Assembly (NCBI RefSeq): GCF_018977255.1
Contig: NW_024704742.1
Span: 68,326,001-68,390,000 of the forward strand
Length of the DNA stretch: 64,000 nucleotides
Direction of reading: 5' to 3'
Source of the DNA: Callorhinchus milii
Lineage: Eukaryota
Position numbers and translations under genes: made by a program. The notes under the pieces were generated by a model. The model ran no database searches and was not told the DNA's origin. It saw only the letters and a program-made list of their open reading frames with translations. Shown one piece after another: positions 11,501 to 20,707 of the stretch (its first letter is position 1; each line of letters opens with the position of its first letter).

Positions 11501-11636
11501 TTTCTATCACTAGCTCAGCTGAAATCCTGTTTGCAGACTTAGACTCACGTGTGCGACGGAGCTTCGGTCTTGTTTCTCTGTGTCTCCCCTTTCAATGGTC
11601 TGGTGAGAATCTGTTGTAATTCTCTCTCTATATATA
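11501..11636 (-). promoter_or_regulatory. Putative GNRH2 TATA box (11629-11636) and non-coding exon 1
   Basis: TATATATA on the minus strand, followed by two GTGAGT donors (exon ending at 11549 or 11501). GnRH genes have a 5'UTR-only first exon, and the coding exon here has an acceptor 3 nt before the ATG. Confidence 0.6.
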
Positions 11637-11929
11637 GGCTTTTGATAAATCCTGCAGGTTGGAAGACCGATCGATTCTGTATCACTTTGTGCAAATAATG
11701 GCTCATTCAGACTCATCCCCATCTGTGATCCTACGTCTGTGGCACTCCCTGGAGACTGAATTCATCTATTTACATCAGTACCTGATGTACAGAGAAAACT
11801 AAGTTCTCTCAAAGCAACAACAAGAATAACGATAATAAGAATAAATATAGCGACAACACCAATAACACTGGTAATAACAATAATTATAACTGATAATAAT
11901 TATATTATATAAAAATAATAATATATTAA

Positions 11930-12275
11930 AATTCTTGCCTTTGATATAGCACTTTATCACATTGTTTAGACTACTCTAAGCGCTTCACAGAATATATTGT
12001 ACAGTGAATTGACTGTGTATTTTGTGGGCAAAACTCGGCAGCCAATTGCATACAGCAGTGTCCCACAAACAGTCGTGGAATGAGTGACCAAATGTTGTTG
12101 TTTTGTGGAGGGATTATTACCCCGAGAAAGCGATCCACCAATTGACTAACAACCGTGTTCCTACTTACTGCTAATTAAACAGAGGCGTGTGGAATAAGGA
12201 AACTTACCTTAAGTTTCTCCCTGCTGGGAATCGAACCAAAGTGCTCTCACTTGCGAGGTGAGTGTGCTAGCCATA
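11930..12275 (-). mobile_element. tRNA SINE, long form
   Basis: Reverse complement of the family consensus. Confidence 0.85.
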
Positions 12276-12346
12276 CCCTATGCATGTAATAACAATAATA
12301 ACTGATAATAATTATAATAGGAATTAAAATAATAACAATAATGATA

Positions 12347-12529
12347 CAGTCAACTCCTGATAACTTGCCCTCAAAGTGAAAAGGACTCAGTGACAAGTTA
12401 TCCAGAGTGGCGAGTTGGGTATATGTATAAATATATGAATAAATGCAGCCAGGAGATTGACATCATGATGATTTAAATTTAATGGTTAATGACAAGTTAA
12501 GACAGGGTTGAGTTATCATGAGTTTATTG
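12347..12529. mobile_element. Tc1/mariner (Tigger/pogo-like) MITE, 183 bp
   Basis: TA|CAGTCAACTCCTGATAACT ... AGTTATCATGAGTTTATTG|TA: 19-bp TIRs (3 mismatches) with TA target duplication. Confidence 0.75.
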
Positions 12530-12951
12530 TAATAACAATAATACTACTACTAATAACAATAATGCTCAGAGGCTCTCAGGGAATTGATGCAATTTAAAAG
12601 TTAAGGGATTGTTAAACAAGAAACAACAGTCCCGGGTCACAATTTCCTTTAACTTCAAAAATCACTTCAAAAAAAGGAACATTTCACCCAAAACATCCAT
12701 AATCAATCCATTTTACAGTATATTCTGTGAAGCGCTTTGAGATGTCTCGAAGACGTGATACGGCGCAATATCAAATACAAGGATGATTAGAAATTTGCTC
12801 ACTTATTTCAGTGGATGTTAATCTGTGTGTGTGTGGAGAGGGAAGGGGTTCTCTTATTCTGTGGGAATATGTTTCAGCACATTAATTTGGGGTGGATTTG
12901 TGTATCTGCATATTTTGTGTGTCTATAGATATACAACAACAACAACTTATA

Positions 12952-13903
12952 TGGACGAGAGACAACTTTCTTCAGCTCAACGTGCGCAAAACTGAGGCCC
13001 TCCTGATTGGCTCACGTCAGCGCCTCCGCACCTCAGGCGCTGACACCATCAGCATCCAAGGCTGCACTCTCCACCTCTCAAAGCCATCAGGAACCTCGGG
13101 GTTCTGTTCGACCCTGAGCTGTCCTTTCTCCCTCATATCCGCACCACAACTGGCACCGCCTTCCATCACCTCCGGAACATCGCCAGACTACGGCACTACC
13201 TCACCCCTCACGCTGCTGAAACCCTGGTCCACGCCTTTATCACCTCAAGGCTGGACTATGGGAACTCTCTCCTCGCCGGCCTTCCCGCCACCTCCCTCCA
13301 CACTGCAGGTCATTCAGAACTCTGCAGCTCGTGTACTGTCCCGCACCAGGCTTCGGGACCACATCACTCCCACCCTCGCTCACCTCCACTGGCTCCCCAT
13401 CCCCCAGAGGATCGAATTCAAGATCCTCATCCTCACCTACAAGGCCATCCACGGCCTTGCTCCCTCCTGCCTCTCTGATCTACTATCCCCCTACCTACCT
13501 GCCCGTACCCTCCGTTCCTCTGGCTCCGGTCTGCTCCACGTCTCCCGCCCCAACTGCCCTAACATCGGTGGTCGGGCCTTCAGTCTCTCAGCCCCCAGGC
13601 TCTGGAACTCCATCCCCCAGTGCCTTCGCCGCCTCCTCCCTCTCCTCCTTCAAGGCCGGTCTCAAAACCTTTCTCTTTGACCGAGCCTTCAGCTCCCCTC
13701 TCGACTCTCTTCCCTCTCCTCGCTCCCTCCCTTCCCTCCCCTCACCCTGACCATTTCCCCCCTCCTCGCTCCCTCCCTTCCCTCCCCTCACCCTGACCAT
13801 TTCCCCCCAATGCTCGGGTCCTGACCCAACTGTGCAGCGCCTTGGGACGTCCTCCTGACGTGAAAGGCGCTTTATAAATGGAATCTTGTTGTTGTCTTGT
13901 TGT
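12952..13903 (+). mobile_element. 5'-truncated young L2 LINE (3' ORF2, 3'UTR, (TTG)n tail)
   Basis: [43 protein letters not shown] motifs; stem-loop tail. Confidence 0.92.
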
Positions 13904-16170
13904 TATATAGCGCCCTCCACGCCGGACAGCATCTCAGAGCGGCTTTCAGCGGCTTTTGGAGAGAGGTATTTGCGGAGACGGGCGATGCGTCGGAGGTGGA
14001 AGAAGACGGTGCTGGTGAGGGACCGGATGTGGGGGAAGAAGGATAATTGGGGGTCGAACCTGATGCCTAGGTTGCGTATGGGTTCAGAGAGTTTTAGGGG
14101 GAGGTCGGGTAGGTGGAGGAGGTGAGAGCCATGGGATTTGAAACGTTGACGAGAGCCAAAGAGTATGGCTTCCATCTTGTCGACGTTCAGTTGAAGGAAA
14201 TTTGCACTCATCCAGCCCCTGAGGTCTGACAGACAGGCTGACAGAACATCAGGGGACTGGGGGTCGCAAAGAAAGGTGGAAAAATAAAGTTGGGTGTCAT
14301 CCGCATACATGTGGAAATGTACCCATGTCTACGGATGACATCCCCAAGAGGGAGCATGTAGATCAGAAAGAGGAGGGGGCCAAGGATGGATCCTTGGGGT
14401 ACCCCGCAGTTAACTGGGTGAGAGCGGGAGGAGAAGCCGTTTGAGCAGATGTACTTCTGGCGGTTTGTGAGGTAGGACTCCAACCAGGCGAGTGCGGTCC
14501 CACTGAGGTGGATGCCGGAGGAAAGGCAGTGGAGGATGGTGTGATCGACTGTGTCAAACGCAGTGGAGAGGTCCAGGTGGACAAGGAGGCAGAGGGAGCC
14601 CTGGTCACAGATAGAGAGGATGTCGTTTGTGACTTTCACAAGTGCATTCTCTGTACTGTGGGCAGAGTGGAAACCGGACTGGAGGGGTTTGAAGAGGGAG
14701 TCGGAGGAGAGGTGAGCGCGGAGTTGATTTGCAACAATGCGTTCTAAGACTTTAGCGAGGAAGGGCAGGTAGTGGCTGGGGTTTGAGGGATCTAGGGAGG
14801 GTTTTTTGAGGAGGGGGATAATGACAGGAGTTTTGAGGGGGGCAGAGATTGATCTAGAGGAGAGGGACTGGTTGGTGACATCAGCCAGTAGTGGGCAGAG
14901 GAGGGTGAGCTGGTGACCAGCAAGTTGGTGGGGAGGGTGTCGAGGCAGCAGGTGGTGGGTTTCAGGGAGGTGATGGTGGGTGAGAGGGAGGAGGGAGAGA
15001 TGGGGAGGAGGGAATGTAGGATGGGGGTGGTGGTAGGAGCAGATAATGGTGAGGGGGGTGGAGAGGGGGTGGTGGTGGGTGACAAGACGCAGGAGGATGA
15101 GGCTGCCTGGCAGATTTTGTGAATTTTAGATGAGAAGAAGTCCATGACCTCCTCGCACGGCATTGGATATGAAGATTGAGGAGGCCCGAGGGGTGGCATG
15201 GAGGAGGTAGTGGGTGGTGAGTTGTGTTTAGCCTCCGAGATGATGTTGGAGTAAAAGGCCGTTTTTGCGCGTGTCAAAGAACGGCGGTAGCTGTGGAGAT
15301 GCTCGAGCCACAGCTGGGGGTGAACTGTCAGGCCAGTTTTCCGCCATCTGCGCTTGAGCAGCCGAGTTTTGTTTTTTAGAGAGCGGAGATGGTTGTTGTA
15401 CCAGGGGGATCGGGTGGGTTTGGAGATGGTACTGGATTTTAGGGGGACAAGGGCGTTGAAGGTGGAGGAGAGGCGATCATGGAACAGCTGGACGGCTGCT
15501 TCAGGATCTCTGCGGGTGGAAGGCCAGAGGGATAGAATATTTGATGATGAGAGGGCCTTTGTGAGGATCTCAGGGGGTAGCCTTTTCCAAGGGCGGTAGA
15601 GGATGGTTGAGGGCTTGGTGGAGGAGAGAGGGATGTGAGAGGAGAAGAAGATGAGGAAGTGGTCCGAAATGGCCTTGTCCACTATGCTGAGGTTGGAAAT
15701 GTTAAGGCCGTGGGTGATAACGAGGTAAAGTGCATGACCACGGTTGTGGGTCGGTGAGTTTATATGAAGGGTAAGGTTTAGGGAGGAGGAGGGCAGTGAA
15801 ATCGGCAGAATTGGTGCAAGGGGAGTTTAGGTGGAGGTTGAAATCGCCCATTATGAGTAGGCGCTCGGAGCAGAGGGACAGGGAAGAGAGGAGAGTGGAG
15901 ATGTCTGTGAGGAAGGAGCCGGGGGGCTTAGGGGGGCAGTAGACAAGGAAGATTTTCAATGGGAGAGAGGGGTGCAAGAGAGTGAGGTGTTCAAAGGAGG
16001 GGAAGCAGGCAGAGTACGGGGTGAGACCAAGGGAGGCTTTGGAAATGAAGGCCAACCTGCCACCACGTTGGCTTGGATGGGGACTGCAGTGGAAGATGTA
16101 GCCTGGAGGGTTGGCTTCCACTAGGGGGACGGGGTCATTGGGGGAGAGCCAGGTTTTGGTGAGCCCAAAT
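13903..16170 (-). mobile_element. Decayed L2 LINE ORF2 (APE endonuclease + reverse transcriptase), different subfamily
   Basis: LTKTWL, VYCPP, IMGDFNLH, SDHF endonuclease motifs; [35 protein letters not shown] motifs spread over several frames. Confidence 0.92.
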
Positions 16171-16473
16171 ACACATTTGTCTGTGCGCTTTATGACTATT
16201 TGGTCAGTGTTTGTGTACATTTCTCTTTAGTTCATCTGCCTTATTCTGCAGTTATACATGTCTACGTATTTATTTTGCATGGATTTATGTGTCTACCTGT
16301 ACCTCTGTGAATGTTTCTGTATGTATTTGTCCAGGAGTATATCAGTGCTTGTGTGTAGCTTGGGTTAGGGCCTTGGGACATCCTCCCGACGTGAAAGGCG
16401 CTATACAAATATAATCTTATTGTTGTTGTCATAGCTGTGTGTACATGAATAATTGTGTGTACACCAGAGTTTG

Positions 16474-16810
16474 TGATAATAATAATCCTTGCATTTGATA
16501 TAGCAAATGAGTTGTCTCAAGACAGAATATACTGTAATGTGGATTGACTGTATATTTTGTGGGTGAAACACAGCAGCTAATTGCACACAGCAGTGTCTCA
16601 CAAACAGTTGTGGATTGAGTGAACACATTTATTTTTCTGGGATTATTACCCCCAGAAAGCGATTTGCCAATCGACTAACAACCAGGGTTCTACTTACTGC
16701 GAGGTGTTTGGAGTAAGAAAACTTGCCTAAGGTTTTGCCTCGCCTGAGAATTGAACCTGGGTCCCCTCACTTGGAGGCGAGAACACTAACCACGATGCTA
16801 CCAAACTCGT
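16474..16810 (-). mobile_element. tRNA SINE, long form
   Basis: Reverse complement of the family consensus. Confidence 0.85.
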
Positions 16811-16902
16811 GTATATTCATATGCCTCCGCGGTTCCATCATTAAAGTTTATTTATTTTCTATTATCCAGACTGGTTATTTCAGAGGTAACAATAATAATC
16901 CT

Positions 16903-17311
16903 TCCACATCCCCCGCCCCAACCGCCCTACCATCGGTGGTCGGGCCTTCAGCCTCTCAGCCCCGAGGCTCTGGAACTCCATCCCCCAGTGCCTTCGCCGC
17001 CTCCTCCTTTTCCTCCTTCAAGGCCGGTCTCAAGACCTTTCTCTTTGACCGTACCTTCAGCTCCCCTCTCGACTCTCTTCCCCCTCCTCGCTCCCTCCCT
17101 CCCTCCCCTCACCCTGACCATTTCCCCCCTCCTCGCTCCCTCCCTCCCTTCCCTCATCTCACCCTGACCATTTCCCCCCTCCTCGCTCCCTCCCTTCCCT
17201 CCCCTCACCCTGACCATTTCTCCCCTGCTCGGGTCCCGACCCAACTGTACAGCGCCTTGGGACGTCCTCCTGACGTGAAAGGCGCTCTATAAATGGAATC
17301 TTGTTGTTGTT
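16903..17311 (+). mobile_element. Young L2 3' fragment
   Basis: Near-identical to 13530-13900. Confidence 0.9.
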
Positions 17312-18374
17312 CCATTCTGTGTATTTTGTAGGCAAACTGGGTATTCACATCTTGGCTGTTAGTGGGACACTGCTGTGTGTAAATTGACTGCTGCATTTGC
17401 CAACAAAATTCACAGATGACGCCTATGGGCAAATGCCTGTGAAGTATTTTGACCTTTATAGACATTTTATCAAATACAAAGCAAATGCTACAAGGATATT
17501 TGGGAACAGAGCTGGGAGATGGGATTTAGCAAAATGGTAATTTAGCAATAGAATAATAACTTGTGTTTATATAGTACTTTACAGAGACGGTACCAGACGT
17601 TGAACAGATGGGGAGGGTGGAAAGTGTGGTGGAGCTCGCAAGTGACCGTTGGCAGACATAGATTTTAAGGTGGTGACTTGTGGAGTCCTGTAGTTTTAGT
17701 GGTTAGAGCACTCGCCTCACAAGCGAGAGGACCCAGTTTGATTCCCTGATGGGACAAAACCTTAGGCAAGTTTCCTTACTCCACAAGCTTTTGTTTAGTG
17801 AGCAATAAATAGGAACTCGATTGTAAGTCTATTGGCAGATCGCTTTCCGTGGGTAACAATCCCTTGAAAAATAATTGGTGGGACACTGGTGCCGGATTGG
17901 CTGCCGCGTTCCGCCCATAAAACAATTCTCTTCACTGTATATCAGTTTCCTCATCAGTTATCACAGCCACAGGATGACAACAACAACAACTTGCATTTAT
18001 AAATGCACTTTCAAAGCCCTCCATGGTCTTGTTCACCTCTACCTCACCGACCTCCTAACCCCCTACCATCCTGTTCGCTCCCTCCGCTCAACGGGCTCCG
18101 GCCTGTTTCACGTCCCCCACCTCGCTTGCCCCACTATCGGCGGGTGGGCCTTCCGCCACTCTGCCCCTGCAGTCCTCTGTTTCGCCCCTTCCCTCGCCAC
18201 CTTCAAGACCCACCTCAAGACCCTCCTCTTCGACCGTGCTTTCGATCTCCCTGCTTCCCCCCTCCCCTACCCCGACCCCCAGCTGTGGTCCCTAACTCTG
18301 TTTGTCCAGCGCCTTGGGATGTCCTCCTGCTGTTGTTATAAAGCTCCCTTCATGTGGGGTAGCATCCCGGAGCT

Positions 18375-19078
18375 GAACTGGACTCCGGGTTTGTGAACAC
18401 ATGTTCGTACGCCCAGCACCTGGAATCCATCTTGATTGGTTTGCAGAGAGGTCAGCAGCTGCTGCTTAAAATCTACACCTCCTATTGGTGGAACCATCAT
18501 TCAATGAGATGGGAAGTGTGCCCGACCTGCGGACAGGAAGACAGTGGCACGCACTGGTGGGTGGTGTTGGTGAAGGGCGATCGCACCCACAGCCAGTCCA
18601 TCGACAATATGCTAATCTCACGCATTTCTTGCTGAGCTGTGTTGCCACCGAGAAGCTCACAGGGAGTTCCTTGTTCCTACCATCCACCTAGTCAGGGCTC
18701 AAACCCTCGCTTGTTGGATGTCAAACGATCAACTAGTGACTATCCTCCTTGAGTGGGGGAGCTGAACTGGCTCCAAGGTGACATGCCTGGTAAAGGAGTG
18801 TCAGAAACGAACCCACTCTCTGTGACAGTCTCAGTAGACCGGTTCCTGAGCCAGGTGGGTCCTCAGTTTTCCAGGGCACTGCTGATGACAGCACAGCCCG
18901 GCCTGGCTCATCAGCAGGACCTGGAAGGACAGACCAGTCACCGGGGGCAGAGAGTCATTCCACTCAGCTCCTGTTAACCCTGCAAGCCAAAGCCCTAATG
19001 GGTAGATTGGTCCTAGCTGAACAAGCAGCGGGAAACTTGCCAGACAGTGATATCAACGGGTTATGTGGTTTTAGCTGG
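18375..19078 (+). mobile_element. Fragment of a non-LTR retrotransposon with a C-terminal CCHC zinc knuckle (clade unassigned)
   Basis: QRGQQLLLKIYTS.WWN...CPTCGQE...LTHFLLSC; homologous to 49195-49905, 29994-30220 and 20316-20707. Confidence 0.65.
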
Positions 19079-19418
19079 TAGCTTTGTGGTAAGAAGACTC
19101 GCTTCGCAAGTGAGAGGACACGGGTTTGATTCCTGTGCAGGGCAAAATCTTAGGCAAGTTTCCTTACTCCACACACCTCTGTTTACCCAGCAGTCAGTAG
19201 GAACCTGATTGTTAGTCGATTGGTGGATCCCTGTCAGGGAGAATAATTCCTTAAAAAGAAAATGGTCACTCAATTCAAGACAATTGGCTGCCATTTTTCG
19301 CCCACAAAATATGCAGTCAATGCACTTTACAGTATATTCTGTGAAGCGCTTTCAATTGTCTCAACAACGATTTAAGGTGTTACATCAAATGCAAGATTTA
19401 TTATCATTATTGTTGTTA
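19075..19418 (+). mobile_element. tRNA SINE, long form
   Basis: Head, partial core and tail. Confidence 0.82.
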
Positions 19419-20315
19419 TGGTGGTGCTTGCACCACCTGCCCAATGGGGCTTTGTCTCGTAGATATGTCTACACTAACTCGACGCTGGATTAGTGTAGAC
19501 CTGCCTGACTTATCTCCACAGAATCAACTCAGCTTCAAGAAGTCTCCGCTCGGGCTGATATCCCTTTTCTCATCCCGTGCTTTTGCGTTTATTGACATTT
19601 GTGATGTGTAATTTCTGCTGTGATAATAAGCAGATTATAATAATAATAAATTGTGCCTTTACAGCTCTAAAACTTGGGACCTCAGTTTAACGTTTCACCC
19701 AAAGGACGATACCTCCCACAATGTATTGTCTCCCTCCCAACACATTGGAGTGTCAGCCTAGACAGTGAGCTCAAAGTCCCAACATGGGGCTTGAACCCAC
19801 AACCTTCTGACTCAGACATGAGAGTGCTACCTCGAGCCAGGCTGACCCATCTCTATACTGCCCCTCTGTGACGTCTCCTATGAAGACTCTAAGTTGTCTG
19901 ATGAGCTTCAGTTGTTGAGCCAGAACTAAATGGTTCCCAGTGTCAACTGCAGTATCAGCCACAGGAAACAGCATTGGAAAGGAATTAGCGGACATTGGCT
20001 GGAAACTGATCCTGGTCCTTGAAAGAGTTGTCGCCTTGGGACGTCCTCCTGACGTGAAAGGCGCTTTATAAATGGAATCTTGTTGTTGTTGTTGTTGTCG
20101 CCTCCCAGCTGCGCTCTTTCCTCTCCACTCACGCATTATTCGAACCCCTTCAGTCGGGTTTCCGTGCTACCCATAGCACAGAAACCGCCCTGGTCAATGT
20201 CACCAATGACATCTTGACCATCTGCGACCAGGGCTCCCTCTGTCCAGTGCCATGGGACATCCTCCCGACGTGAAAGGCGGTCTATAAATGGAATCTTATT
20301 GTTGTTGTTGTTGTT

Positions 20316-20707
20316 GGGGGCAGAGAGTCATCCCCTGGAGCTCCTCTTCACCCTGGAAGCCAAAGCCCTAACAGGGTAGGGTGGCCCTAGCTGGACAAGC
20401 AGCGGGAAACTTGTCAGACAATGATATCAATGGCAAGCTACGCGGTTTTAGCTGGTTAGACTTCTCAGTAGCCCAACACACACTCTGGAGTCCCCAAGCC
20501 TTGACTTCTTCCAACCTGAACCTATTACTTTCCAGAAATAGGTAAGCAGGAATTTTCCCTTCAGGGATAAAGTGCACATTCCATTCCAACAATCTATCTC
20601 TGAAATTTTCATGTGGGATGCATAGAATTCTCAGTTTGGTTTTGGATACTCTTAAACATTGTGATGGGTTTCCGCACGCGTCAGACACACGACTGACCCC
20701 CAAAAAA
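20316..20707 (+). mobile_element. 3' end of the CCHC-type retroposon family
   Basis: Overlaps 18940-19078 in sequence; the same 3' end with an A-rich tail is seen at 958-1255(-), 31650-31892, 43225-43535 and 53005-53580. Confidence 0.7.

Noticed and set aside
12952..16170. Opposed L2 pieces as one twin-primed (5'-inverted) insertion
   Set aside because: The overlapping ORF2 parts are clearly different subfamilies and each has its own tail
19890..19935. Hammerhead-ribozyme-like CTGATGA followed by a short stem
   Set aside because: The required GAAA is absent (cagaac) and stems I/III cannot be formed convincingly
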